Sequence record: SRR22947725_1140
DNA: 64,000 nucleotides
Reading direction: 5' to 3' (one strand)
The notes beneath the pieces are model-generated. The model worked only from the letters and a program-made list of their open reading frames with translations. It did not search any database and was not told where the DNA came from. Below are positions 9,728 through 19,758 of this stretch, piece by piece. The translations under genes were made by a program, and so were the position numbers. How positions within the stretch are numbered: position 1 is the first letter of the stretch; each line of letters starts with the position of its first letter.

Positions 9728-10995
9728 CCAAATTTTCCATGAGAACCACCAGAGAAACGTCTGCCAAACAGTCCAGTGGGTCTAAGTAATAAAGTTAAAA
9801 GTAAAACAATTCCTCCATAAGCAGGAATATATGAAGCCGCTTTCTGAGGATCTGGTATGCAACCTGTACCAGCAGATTCTACTAAGCCAACAATTATGCC
9901 TCCAACGAATGCCCCAGGAAGAGATCCCAAACCTCCAAGAACAATTATAACAAATGACCGCATGGCCGGGATAGCCCCAACCTGAGGCAACCAAGAAAAG
10001 GCCTGGACAAGTAGTGCTCCAGCAAGCGCTGCTAGCATTCCTCCAAGAGCAAAGGCTAGCATATTCATCCGGTTAGGGTTAATTCCTGTTATTGCAGCGG
10101 CTTCGCGATCTAAGCTCACAGCTCTCAACGCCTTACCAGTCCAAGTACGGTGCAAAAAGTACAACAACATAAGCAGTACTATTATACACACTACTGCAGC
10201 AGTAAAACGTGGGTTAGAGATTGTTATAGTATCAAAAAGCTCTAAACCTCCCCGTCGCGTCTTAAGAAGCCACGGGTCTTCTTTAGAAGGCCAGTGAAGT
10301 CTAGGAAAATCAAAGTATCTTTTTGCTTTCACTGGGTTTGATCCAACTGTGGCAGCAATAAAGTATTGCAGTGTAAAGGCTAAGCCAAAGGTAACGAGGA
10401 TACCATATTCTACTGGTCTATCTATTCTCCCATCATACATGGGAGTTAAAAATATTCGTTCGAATACTGCACCAAGAATAAATGTTGAAACACAGGCAAA
10501 ACCAATACCAAATAGTGGGTTAACGCCAGGAAACCAAACCATGGTAACATAATATGCGGCCATTCCACCAATCATATAAAAATCACCATGCGCAAAGCTA
10601 ACCACGCCCAAAATCGAATATATTAGGGTGAGGCCAAGAGCCATAAAACCGTAAAGTATGCCTAATATGATTCCATTAGAGATCTGAGATGCTACAAAAG
10701 ATCCATTAGTCACACAGCTATTACTGGGGTCAGCAAAGGCAAAGGATATCGCAATTAAAGCAAACGCTGCTATTGGCGGAACTACTAGGAGACTTTTTCG
10801 TGTTTCAGGTGTTTTTAACCAAAGTGCTATAAGACCTACAGGGCCAGTAGCAGCACCGATCATAGAACCGATATATCCCGCATTGGATGTATCCATATCT
10901 TTTTTCAAATAGGCTCGCCGGGTGCCAAATGCGCCCACAACCCCCCAAAAGGTCATCCAGAGCATAACGCTCCAAAAAATGACTGGAAATTCCAC
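9724..10995 (-). CDS. Liv-type ABC transporter permease, LivH-like, with N-terminal extension
   Basis: ALGLTLIYSILGVVSFAHG, GKALRAVSLDREAA, IIVLGGLGS and RPTGLFG. GTG start. Confidence 0.9.
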   Translation of the reverse strand: MEFPVIFWSVMLWMTFWGVVGAFGTRRAYLKKDMDTSNAGYIGSMIGAATGPVGLIALWLKTPETRKSLLVVPPIAAFALIAISFAFADPSNSCVTNGSFVASQISNGIILGILYGFMALGLTLIYSILGVVSFAHGDFYMIGGMAAYYVTMVWFPGVNPLFGIGFACVSTFILGAVFERIFLTPMYDGRIDRPVEYGILVTFGLAFTLQYFIAATVGSNPVKAKRYFDFPRLHWPSKEDPWLLKTRRGGLELFDTITISNPRFTAAVVCIIVLLMLLYFLHRTWTGKALRAVSLDREAAAITGINPNRMNMLAFALGGMLAALAGALLVQAFSWLPQVGAIPAMRSFVIIVLGGLGSLPGAFVGGIIVGLVESAGTGCIPDPQKAASYIPAYGGIVLLLTLLLRPTGLFGRRFSGGSHGKFG

Positions 10996-11035
10996 TACAT
11001 TACCCCATTAGTTATAAAATTATATTCATTAAGCT

Positions 11036-11067
11036 TAGTGGCGATAATTTAAAAATTATCGCCACTA
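11036..11067. terminator. 15-bp perfect inverted repeat between the binding-protein and permease genes (stabilising hairpin or terminator)
   Basis: TAGTGGCGATAATTT-AA-AAATTATCGCCACTA. The T-tract follows on the + strand (11068-11078), opposite to the gene direction. Confidence 0.7.
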
Positions 11068-11095
11068 TTATTTTTTTTATGGTAGTACCACCTAG

Positions 11096-12346
11096 TTATT
11101 GACTAACCCAGATAGCATCACCAGTTTTGTAAGCGTCAGGCCAAACAATTGCTGAGTCAGTAGAGTCCTCACCTTCGTTTTGGTACTGGATAACGGTCAT
11201 AGCTGGATCAGGCCACTGATGCCACCACTCGTCACCTTTTCCATCTACGCTAGGATCTTTGCCTGAACCGTAAGGAAAATATATTCGGCCAAGTGTTCCA
11301 TCGTGATCGATATTCTCAAGAGCTGTAACGATTGCTTCTCCATCTGTGGTACCCGCTTCATTTATTGCTTGAACCAAAATTGCGATGGAGTCATATGCTT
11401 CTAAAGCATAGCTTTCAATAGCACCCTTACCTGTTAGCGCTTTATAAGTCTCGTTTAATTTAAGCGCTTTATCATTCCACAAGTTCACTGGTATACCTAT
11501 CCGTTGAACGAAAGCATATTGACCATCAGGAACATTTTCCCACCAAGCTTTACTTTCAAGAGCAACTTGACCGGCCTGGAAAGGTACATCCATTGGGCCA
11601 ATTCCTGCATCAGCAGCTTGTTGTGCAAAGTTGTATCCAGCTTCACCAGTTGCAAGAACAATAATATAACCAGGATCATACGCTTTTATGCGCTCAACAA
11701 TTCCTGAATAATCTTGTGTTCCAATATCAACACCGTAAGTCGCGGCCTCAATACCATTTGCTACCAAGCCTTTAGTTGTCTCAGCAGCAGCAGGGATACC
11801 ATAATCTGTATTCTCTGTTAAAATTGCTACTTTTTTTAGACCTGGTGCCAATATTGCAGACTGCCAAATCGTAGCGGACGCCCAAGAGCTTAGCGGTGCA
11901 ATTCGGAAGATAAACTGTTGTTTATCGCCAGTAATTGTATCGTTCCAAGTTTCTGCAAAAACCACTGGGATTTTTGCATCGTTTGCAACATCTTTAGACG
12001 CAACTCCAACCGAGCTATGATAACCACCGCCAACGGCTACTACGCCATCTTGTGTGATCAATCTATTCATCATCGCCGCTGCTTTTTCTGGTAATCCTTC
12101 TGTATCGGCAATAACAACTTTAATGTCGCATCCAAGTGCGCCACCAGCCGCATTCAGATCTGCTTCTGCTAGTTTCATAGCGTCACGCATTGCCTCACCT
12201 CCGCCAACAGCTCCAGGAGCTGATAGTGGGGCCAAACCGCCAATTTTAATTGGGCAGTCTGCTGCAAAAGATGCGGATCCTACTAAGGATGCAATAATCG
12301 CAGTCGCAGTCGCAATTCCATAAATTGATAATTTTGACTTATTCAT
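11096..12346 (-). CDS. Liv-type ABC transporter periplasmic substrate-binding protein
   Basis: Signal peptide (ASFAA), IKIGGLAPLS, GGGYHSS, FIFRIAP, ENTDYG and AYD motifs; strong SD GGAGG. Confidence 0.9.
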   Translation of the reverse strand: MNKSKLSIYGIATATAIIASLVGSASFAADCPIKIGGLAPLSAPGAVGGGEAMRDAMKLAEADLNAAGGALGCDIKVVIADTEGLPEKAAAMMNRLITQDGVVAVGGGYHSSVGVASKDVANDAKIPVVFAETWNDTITGDKQQFIFRIAPLSSWASATIWQSAILAPGLKKVAILTENTDYGIPAAAETTKGLVANGIEAATYGVDIGTQDYSGIVERIKAYDPGYIIVLATGEAGYNFAQQAADAGIGPMDVPFQAGQVALESKAWWENVPDGQYAFVQRIGIPVNLWNDKALKLNETYKALTGKGAIESYALEAYDSIAILVQAINEAGTTDGEAIVTALENIDHDGTLGRIYFPYGSGKDPSVDGKGDEWWHQWPDPAMTVIQYQNEGEDSTDSAIVWPDAYKTGDAIWVSQ

Positions 12347-12447
12347 GTTTTAACCTCCATAAAAGATATGATTCGATAAAAAATCGTAACACGATAAAAA
12401 GAAAAGAACAAAACCCAAAGCTATAAATGGTATTAATTCATTTTAGT

Positions 12448-12458
12448 ACCTGTCAGGT
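12448..12458. promoter_or_regulatory. Palindrome ACCTG-T-CAGGT upstream of the binding-protein gene (candidate GntR/FadR-type operator)
   Basis: GC-containing 5-1-5 palindrome in an otherwise very AT-rich spacer, about 100 bp upstream of the SBP start. Confidence 0.35.
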
Positions 12459-12489
12459 TAAAATTATTTTATCATATTGTGATACTAAT

Positions 12490-13863
12490 TTAGATATATT
12501 TTTGAGAGTGTAACTCTTTTTCGAACTGTAAAAAAGTTACCCTCAATAAATCAATAAGTTCATCAACCTCACTTTTATTAATTGTTAAGGCTGGTGTTAT
12601 CATCACCCACTCACCAAAGATCCCACCTGATGTCTTCCTGGTATATAATAACAATCCGTTTTCAATTCCAATTTCAACAAGCCTATAAACGCCACGACAC
12701 TTGATAGGCAACATTCCTTTAGTTTCTTTATTTGCAACTAACTCAGCGGCTAATAACAAACCTTTGCCTCGAATATCTCCAATTACCTGGCTTGAATTAG
12801 CTAACTCTTTTAATTTAGCCATAAGATATCCACCCATTTCTGTGGCATTATTCATCAAATCATTTTCAATTAATTCACTTACGACAGCCTCACCCACAGC
12901 GCATGAAAGCGGGTTGGCCGCATATGTGTGACCATGTTGAAAACCACCTGAGTCAACAACTGTACCAACAATCTCATTTGGTGCCATAACTACACCTATA
13001 GGCGTATAACCAGCGGCCACTCCTTTAGCCAAAGTAACAAGATCAGGACGAGCGTTTGGCCAATGTTCTGCAGATAAAAACTTTCCTGTGCGGCCAGCAC
13101 CTGCCATTACATCATCATAGATTAATAAAACACCATAACGGGTACAAATTTCTCTAACCGTTTCGTAATAATGGTCCGGAGCAACTAATCCTCCTGAGGA
13201 TAACCCGCCAACAGTTTCGACAATAAAGGCTAAAACATTATCAGCCCCCTCACTTAGGATAACTTGTTCCAGTTTTCCAGCACACTCTCGAGCATAGCTA
13301 TTTACATCATGATTATCAGGCAGTCGGTAAGAAAATGGAGTTGGAACCTTTGGCATAACTTTTGCCATAGAACCAAACATCGACTCAGCAACTGGATCAC
13401 CCGAAACTAAAAATGCACCTAAGGTTGATCCATGGTAACTTGGGTTTCTTCCCAAAACTTTTGTTCTATTATACTCACCTTTTGCAATAGCATACTGGCG
13501 GGCAAGTTTAATTGCTGACTCTGTAGCCTCAGATCCTCCTGAAACAATAAATGCTTGATCAAAACCTGTTCCTGACAAAGAGACTAACTTTTCTGCTAGT
13601 CTTTGGTTTGGAGAGTTTTCAAAAACAGCAACACTAGCAAAACATACTTTTTTTGCCTGGTTTGACATCGCTTGTAGTACCCGCTCATTAGCATGTCCTA
13701 AATTGGTTGTTACCGGTCCAGATGAACCATCAAAATATTTCTTTCCGTTTGTGTCCCACATATAGATGCCCTTGGCTTGATCGATTACGGGCAATGCACG
13801 GGCATCCCCAGTATTAAAAACCTGTATCGGACCTCCGGGTTTTATTACATGCTCGTTCAACAT
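12490..13863 (-). CDS. Class III PLP-dependent aminotransferase (omega-amine type)
   Basis: GIYMWD..GKKYFD, VSGGSEATE, SYHGST, LIYDDVMAGAGRTG, LAKG (PLP Lys), GHTY and DIRGKGL. Confidence 0.9.
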   Translation of the reverse strand: MLNEHVIKPGGPIQVFNTGDARALPVIDQAKGIYMWDTNGKKYFDGSSGPVTTNLGHANERVLQAMSNQAKKVCFASVAVFENSPNQRLAEKLVSLSGTGFDQAFIVSGGSEATESAIKLARQYAIAKGEYNRTKVLGRNPSYHGSTLGAFLVSGDPVAESMFGSMAKVMPKVPTPFSYRLPDNHDVNSYARECAGKLEQVILSEGADNVLAFIVETVGGLSSGGLVAPDHYYETVREICTRYGVLLIYDDVMAGAGRTGKFLSAEHWPNARPDLVTLAKGVAAGYTPIGVVMAPNEIVGTVVDSGGFQHGHTYAANPLSCAVGEAVVSELIENDLMNNATEMGGYLMAKLKELANSSQVIGDIRGKGLLLAAELVANKETKGMLPIKCRGVYRLVEIGIENGLLLYTRKTSGGIFGEWVMITPALTINKSEVDELIDLLRVTFLQFEKELHSQKYI

Positions 13864-14203
13864 ATGCTTTCCTGCCTTTATAAAGATTTTTATATTATAA
13901 GTTTAACTCTGTAAGCTAAGTAAATATTATTAGTACAACCTTAATCAAAAGTATTGTCGTGTAAACTAGCTTTTACAAGAATAGGATTCATCCACTTTTA
14001 CGTTCATAAAAAAGGCTGATAATTTTCATCAAATTAGATGTAAAACGTCCTTACCAATAAAACTCTTATCAAAATTAATTAAAGTACCCTTTTATAATAA
14101 TTAACAATGATTGTAGAATACTTTAATGGCTTGCCAGTATCTTTTAAATTTTTACAAGCTAGGGCTTGCTGACCTAGAACAAATATTTTATCACTATCTA
14201 GTG

Positions 14204-14352
14204 TATGCAGGGAGAATCTGGATTACCAGTGCCGAAGGAGCAACCGCCCCGGAAACTCTCAGGCAAAAGGACCTGCATATCAACATAAAATCTGGAGAGA
14301 GGTGTCTAAGAACACTCGCCGAAGGGATAACGATCTCAGGCAAAAGGACAGA
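14204..14352 (+). ncRNA. Tandem glycine riboswitch
   Basis: Two aptamers, each with GGAGA...GCCGAAGG...CTCAGGCAAAAGGAC (about 14204-14279 with P1 TATGCAG/CTGCATA, and 14291-14352), directly upstream of gcvT. Confidence 0.96.
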
Positions 14353-14355
14353 GGG

Positions 14356-14398
14356 GCATCATTAGCGGGTTACACTACTCGTAAATAATGATGTTTTT
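14356..14398 (+). terminator. Intrinsic terminator of the glycine riboswitch expression platform
   Basis: GCATCATTA-GCGGGT / ACTCGT-(AAA)-TAATGATGT stem followed by TTTT, between aptamer 2 and the gcvT SD. Confidence 0.65.
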
Positions 14399-14422
14399 AT
14401 GGTTAAAAAATTAGGGGGCTTT

Positions 14423-15553
14423 ATGACCACACTTAAACGAACAAGGTTATACGACTATCATATTGCGAATAGTGCTAAAATGGTACCTTTTGCGGGATAT
14501 GAGATGCCAGTACAATACAATCTGGGCGTAATGAAAGAGCATCTCCACACAAGAATGGCAGCAGGCTTGTTCGATGTTAGCCATATGGGCCAAATTCTCG
14601 TGTACCCAAAGTCGGGTGTAATTGCTGATGCTGCATTAGCAATCGAAACTCTTGTTCCAGTAAACATATCATCTCTAAAGAGCGGTCGTCAAAGATACGC
14701 GATGTTTACAAATGATAACGGTGGGATTTTAGATGACCTTATGATAGCAAACCGGGGTGATCATTTCTTTATTGTCGTTAATGCCTCCTGTAAAGATGGT
14801 GACTTTCAGCACTTAAAAAACAATCTTGGAAGTGATTTTCAAATCGATATGGTTGAGGATCGTTCTTTAATTGCATTACAAGGCCCTCTTGCTGAAAAGG
14901 TTCTATCTAAACTAAACCCAACCGTTAAAGAATTGAAATTTATGGATAGTGTAACCGCGAAACTATTAGACATTGAGTGTTGGATTTCTAGGTCAGGCTA
15001 CACAGGGGAAGATGGTTATGAAATTTCTATACCAAACAATGCTGTTGATGAGATAGTGCAACTTTTAAGTCAAGATATTGATGTAGAGCCAATTGGACTT
15101 GGTGCCCGCGACTCTCTGCGGCTAGAGGCGGGCCTCTGCCTTTATGGACACGACATCGACACTAATACCAGTCCAATAGAGGGCAACCTTAATTGGGCCA
15201 TTCAAAAAATCAGACGCACTGGTGGAGAACGCGCTGGAGGGTTCCCCGGTGCAAATCGTATTCTGAGAGAATTGGAAGTAGGTCCATCTAAGAAAAGAGT
15301 TGGCATTTTGCCAGATGGGCGAGCCCCTATGAGAGAAGGGACTATTCTATATGGATCTGATAATAGGAATGACCCTATTGGAAAAGTAACTTCTGGGGCA
15401 TTTGGTCCATCAATTCAGAAGTCTATGTCTATGGGCTACGTCTTAAAAGAATACACTGGCTTAGAAACAATAATATATGGCGATGTCCGTGGGAAACTAT
15501 TGGCCGCTAGAGTAACATCAATACCTTTTAAAAAATCAAATTATAAAAAATAG
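14423..15553 (+). CDS. gcvT: Glycine cleavage system aminomethyltransferase T
   Basis: MVPFAGYEMPVQY, GLFDVSHMG, ALQGP, SRSGYTGEDGYEI and GLGARDSLRLEAG. ATG 14423 follows SD AGGGGG. Confidence 0.97.
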   Translation: MTTLKRTRLYDYHIANSAKMVPFAGYEMPVQYNLGVMKEHLHTRMAAGLFDVSHMGQILVYPKSGVIADAALAIETLVPVNISSLKSGRQRYAMFTNDNGGILDDLMIANRGDHFFIVVNASCKDGDFQHLKNNLGSDFQIDMVEDRSLIALQGPLAEKVLSKLNPTVKELKFMDSVTAKLLDIECWISRSGYTGEDGYEISIPNNAVDEIVQLLSQDIDVEPIGLGARDSLRLEAGLCLYGHDIDTNTSPIEGNLNWAIQKIRRTGGERAGGFPGANRILRELEVGPSKKRVGILPDGRAPMREGTILYGSDNRNDPIGKVTSGAFGPSIQKSMSMGYVLKEYTGLETIIYGDVRGKLLAARVTSIPFKKSNYKK

Positions 15554-15564
15554 GGAGAAAAACA

Positions 15565-15924
15565 ATGAAATTTACAGAAGAGCATGAGTGGCTTTTGTTA
15601 GAGGATGGCCTAGTAACGGTAGGAATTACTAAGCACGCATCAACCGAATTAGGCGATATTGTCTTTATTGAATTACCTGCAGTAGGCACATCTGTCACCA
15701 AAGATGAAGAGGTTGTCGTAATAGAAAGTGTGAAAGCTGCATCTGATATTTTAGCGCCATTAGACGGTGAGATAGTAGAAGTTAATGAAATCTTGAATGA
15801 TGAACCTAGCAAAGTAAACGACGACCCGACTGGAGACGGTTGGATGTTTAAATTGAAAATAGAAAACCTTTCTGACCTAGAAGATTTCATGTCAGAAGCA
15901 GAGTATAACAATTTTATTGGCTAA
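15565..15924 (+). CDS. gcvH: Glycine cleavage system protein H
   Basis: [17 protein letters not shown] and IESVKAASD (lipoyl Lys). Confidence 0.97.
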   Translation: MKFTEEHEWLLLEDGLVTVGITKHASTELGDIVFIELPAVGTSVTKDEEVVVIESVKAASDILAPLDGEIVEVNEILNDEPSKVNDDPTGDGWMFKLKIENLSDLEDFMSEAEYNNFIG

Positions 15925-15934
15925 GGAAAATTTC

Positions 15935-18784
15935 ATGACTTTTAATCCAACACAATATTTACCTTACGACTTTGCCAATCTACGTCACATTGGGCCATCT
16001 AAATCAGAAATTGCTGAAATGTGTAAAGTTCTTGGGGTTAAAGACATCGATGAGTTAATTGACCAAACAGTTCCAGAAAATATCCGTCAAAAAACTTCTC
16101 TTCATTTTGGAGAACCGAAGTCTGAACAAGAGTTGCTAAAATATATGCGCGGTGTTGCATCTAAAAACAAAGTTATGACAACAATGCTTGGGCAAGGTTA
16201 CCACGATACGGTCACTCCTCCCGCAATTCAAAGGAATGTGTTTGAAAACCCAGCTTGGTATACTGCGTACACCCCTTACCAACCAGAAATAAGCCAAGGA
16301 AGGTTAGAGGCTCTATTAAATTATCAAACGATGATATGCGATCTGACTGGCCTAGAAGTTGCAAACGCCTCTCTACTTGATGAGGCAACTGCCGCTGCAG
16401 AAGCAATGACTATGGCAGAGCGTATTTCAAAATCGAAGAAGAAAAGCTTCTTTATTGATGAGAACTGTCATCCTCAAAACATTGCCGTAATGCAAACTCG
16501 AGCACTGCCATTGGGGATTGATATAACTGTAGGTAATCCAGAGGAATTAGAAGCAGACAATCATTTTGGTGCGATTTTCCAATATCCGGGAACATTTGGA
16601 GGATTAACTGATTTTTCAAAAAAGATATCAGAGCTTCATGAAGCTAAGGCAATTGCTATTATGATTGCTGACCCCTTGGCCCTAACTTTACTTAAAGAAC
16701 CTGGAGAAATGGGTGCTGATATTGCTGTTGGATCCACTCAAAGGTTTGGCGTTCCAATGGGTTTTGGTGGGCCCTCGGCAGCATATATGTCGTGTAAGGA
16801 TTCATACAAAAGGTCCATGCCAGGAAGAATCGTAGGGGTTTCAATAGATACTCGAGGAACTAAGGCATATCGGTTATCGTTGCAAACTCGTGAACAACAT
16901 ATAAGACGTGAAAAGGCGACTTCAAATGTATGTACTGCGCAAGCTCTATTAGCGGTTATGGCATCTCTTTATGCAGTTTTTCATGGACCGGATGGATTAA
17001 AAGCAATAGCACAAAAAGTAAATCTAAATACAAATCATATGGCAAAAGGTTTAAAGGCAGGAGGTTTCGGTATTAAGTCCGAGAGTTTCTTTGATACTAT
17101 TACAGTTGATGTAGGAAAAAATCAGAAATCAATTTTAGATTCTGCTGTATTAAAGGGTATTAATTTAAGAAAAATTGGATCAAATAAACTTGGAATCACC
17201 GTTGACGAAACCACACAACGTGAAACGATTGAGGATGTTTGGACCGCTTTTGGGTTAAATTGTAAATGGACAGATTTTTCAGAGGATTTCTGCCTTCCAG
17301 AAAATTTAATACGATCCAGTAGTTTTCTAGACCATTCAATATTCCATATGAATCGTTCAGAAACAGAGTTGATGCGTTACATGCGAAAATTGGCGGATAG
17401 AGATCTAGCCTTAGATCGCTCAATGATTCCTTTAGGCTCTTGTACTATGAAACTAAACTCCGCCGCAGAAATGATGCCGGTAAGTTGGCCTGAATTTTCT
17501 AAAATGCATCCATTTTCTCCTAGTAACCAGACAGAAGGTTATCAAGAGCTTTTGAAAGACTTGTCTGAAAAACTGTGCTTAATTACAGGTTATGATGCCA
17601 TGTCTTTACAGCCAAATTCAGGAGCACAAGGTGAGTATGCAGGCCTACTAACAATCGCTGCCTACCATAAGGCTCGCGGTGATAGTCATCGGAACATATG
17701 TTTAATTCCAGTAAGTGCGCATGGGACTAATCCTGCCAGCGCTCAAATGGCAGGAATGTCAGTAGTAATAGTCAATTCTGCTGAAAACGGAGATGTCGAT
17801 ATTGAGGATTTTAAAGAAAAAGCCGTTAAAGCTGGTAATAACCTTGCAGCGTGTATGATTACTTATCCGTCTACTCATGGTGTTTTTGAAGAAACTGTGA
17901 AAGAAGTATGCGATATAACACATCAATTTGGTGGCCAAGTCTACCTAGATGGTGCGAACCTTAATGCGATGGTTGGAATATCAAAGCCCGGAGAAATAGG
18001 TTCTGATGTCAGCCACTTAAACCTGCATAAAACTTTCTGTATTCCGCATGGTGGAGGTGGACCAGGAATGGGCCCTATTGGTGTTAAGTCACATCTTGAA
18101 CCTTTCCTACCTAGCCATCCAATTGAAGGGGGAAAAACTGGCCCAGTAAGTGCCACTCCATTTGGCTCAGCTTCAATATTACCCATAAGTTGGGCTTATT
18201 GCTTAATGATGGGAGGCGAAGGGTTAACCCAGGCTACGAAAGTAGCCATATTAAATGCTAACTATATTGCTAAAAGGCTTGAAGGGTCATTCAATGTTCT
18301 CTTTAGAGGAAATAAAGGCAGAGTTGCACATGAATGTATAATTGATACTAGGCCTTTCTTGGATACGGCTCACGTTACGGTTGATGATATAGCAAAACGA
18401 TTAATTGATAATGGGTTTCACGCTCCAACAATGAGTTGGCCTGTTGCTGGGACTTTAATGGTCGAACCCACAGAGTCTGAAAATAAAGGTGAGCTTGATA
18501 GGTTCTGTGATGCAATGATCGATATATATGGTGAAATAAAAGCCATTGAAAACAACGAGATTGATCCAGAAAATAATCCGTTAAAAAATGCACCTCACAC
18601 TATTGAAGATCTTCTTTCTGAATGGGATCGACCCTACTCAAGAGAGCAGGCTTGTTACCCAGCAGGTGCAAACAGGGTGGATAAGTATTGGCCAGCGGTC
18701 GGTAGGATTGATAATGTTTTTGGAGATAGAAACTTAATTTGCACATGCCCGCCACTAACAGAGTACTTAGAAGCCGCGGAGTAG
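15935..18784 (+). CDS. gcvP: Glycine dehydrogenase (decarboxylating), P protein
   Basis: [38 protein letters not shown] and [21 protein letters not shown] 15935 follows AAGGA. Confidence 0.98.
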   Translation: MTFNPTQYLPYDFANLRHIGPSKSEIAEMCKVLGVKDIDELIDQTVPENIRQKTSLHFGEPKSEQELLKYMRGVASKNKVMTTMLGQGYHDTVTPPAIQRNVFENPAWYTAYTPYQPEISQGRLEALLNYQTMICDLTGLEVANASLLDEATAAAEAMTMAERISKSKKKSFFIDENCHPQNIAVMQTRALPLGIDITVGNPEELEADNHFGAIFQYPGTFGGLTDFSKKISELHEAKAIAIMIADPLALTLLKEPGEMGADIAVGSTQRFGVPMGFGGPSAAYMSCKDSYKRSMPGRIVGVSIDTRGTKAYRLSLQTREQHIRREKATSNVCTAQALLAVMASLYAVFHGPDGLKAIAQKVNLNTNHMAKGLKAGGFGIKSESFFDTITVDVGKNQKSILDSAVLKGINLRKIGSNKLGITVDETTQRETIEDVWTAFGLNCKWTDFSEDFCLPENLIRSSSFLDHSIFHMNRSETELMRYMRKLADRDLALDRSMIPLGSCTMKLNSAAEMMPVSWPEFSKMHPFSPSNQTEGYQELLKDLSEKLCLITGYDAMSLQPNSGAQGEYAGLLTIAAYHKARGDSHRNICLIPVSAHGTNPASAQMAGMSVVIVNSAENGDVDIEDFKEKAVKAGNNLAACMITYPSTHGVFEETVKEVCDITHQFGGQVYLDGANLNAMVGISKPGEIGSDVSHLNLHKTFCIPHGGGGPGMGPIGVKSHLEPFLPSHPIEGGKTGPVSATPFGSASILPISWAYCLMMGGEGLTQATKVAILNANYIAKRLEGSFNVLFRGNKGRVAHECIIDTRPFLDTAHVTVDDIAKRLIDNGFHAPTMSWPVAGTLMVEPTESENKGELDRFCDAMIDIYGEIKAIENNEIDPENNPLKNAPHTIEDLLSEWDRPYSREQACYPAGANRVDKYWPAVGRIDNVFGDRNLICTCPPLTEYLEAAE

Positions 18785-18830
18785 GTGCTAAGGGTAAAAC
18801 TTGTAATAACCAGTGGAATTGTAGGAAAAT

Positions 18831-19748
18831 ATGTCAAATTTTAATGACTATCCAAGAGATTTAATAGGTTATGGTCAAAAACTGCCTAAATTCAAGTGGC
18901 CTAATAATGCAAGAGTAGCCATCCAGTTCGTTTTAAATATAGAGGAAGGTGGAGAAAACTGCGTTTTACATGGTGATACAGCATCAGAATCTTTCCTATC
19001 TGAGATTATTGGTGCTACTCCGTTTGAGAGCTCCAGACATATGTCAATGGAATCTATTTATGAGTACGGAAGTCGTGCAGGGTGTTGGCGAATTTTGAAA
19101 TTATTTAGAGACCATAATTTGCCAATTACTTTATTTGCTGTTGCGATGGCGGCGCAACGAAATCCAAGTGTTATTGAACAGGCCTTAAAGGACGGTCATG
19201 AGGTTGCTAGCCACGGTCTCAAATGGATTAATTATCACGGTATTCCAGAGAGCCTAGAGAAGGCCCATATGGAGGAGGCCATGGAAATCCTAACTAACAT
19301 TTGTGGTGAGAGACCAGTTGGCTGGTATACTGGCAGGACGTCTGAAAATACACGTAAGCTAGTTTCCGAATATGGGGGCTTTTTATACGATGCCGATGAC
19401 TACTCAGATGATCTACCATTTTGGAGTAAAGTTCAAAAAAACCACTTAATAGTACCTTACACCCTAGATGCAAATGATATGAGATTTGCTTCACCTCAAG
19501 GGTTCAACTCAGCAGACCAGTTTTATACTTACCTTAGAGACTCTTTTGATACTCTGTATGACGAAGGGAAGGACTCTCCCAAGATGATGTCTATTGGAAT
19601 GCACGCAAGGATTTTAGGTCGCCCTGGTCGTTTTAAAGCAATAAAAAATTTCGTTGAATATATTAAAAAGTTTGATGATATTTGGGTAGCCCGCCGAGAT
19701 TCCATAGCCTTACATTGGCAGAAAATATCTGAACCTAGTCCAAGCTAA
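18831..19748 (+). CDS. puuE: Allantoinase PuuE (polysaccharide deacetylase fold)
   Basis: YPRDLIGYG, QFVLNIEEGGENCVLHGD, SMESIYEYGSRAG, GWYTGR, PYTLDANDMRF and MMSIGMH. Confidence 0.92.
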   Translation: MSNFNDYPRDLIGYGQKLPKFKWPNNARVAIQFVLNIEEGGENCVLHGDTASESFLSEIIGATPFESSRHMSMESIYEYGSRAGCWRILKLFRDHNLPITLFAVAMAAQRNPSVIEQALKDGHEVASHGLKWINYHGIPESLEKAHMEEAMEILTNICGERPVGWYTGRTSENTRKLVSEYGGFLYDADDYSDDLPFWSKVQKNHLIVPYTLDANDMRFASPQGFNSADQFYTYLRDSFDTLYDEGKDSPKMMSIGMHARILGRPGRFKAIKNFVEYIKKFDDIWVARRDSIALHWQKISEPSPS

Positions 19749-19758
19749 TTAGAGTTAC

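Noticed and set aside
14126..14365. 79-aa ORF on + upstream of gcvT
   Set aside because: It coincides with the tandem glycine riboswitch, shows no protein motif, and the sequence is explained by the RNA.
15528..15911. 127-aa ORF antisense to gcvH, and similar shadow ORFs (e.g. 12054-12323, 32227-32652, 41069-41386, 46753-47229, 54472-54774)
   Set aside because: They lie opposite well-supported genes and have no recognisable motifs; they are antisense-frame artefacts.
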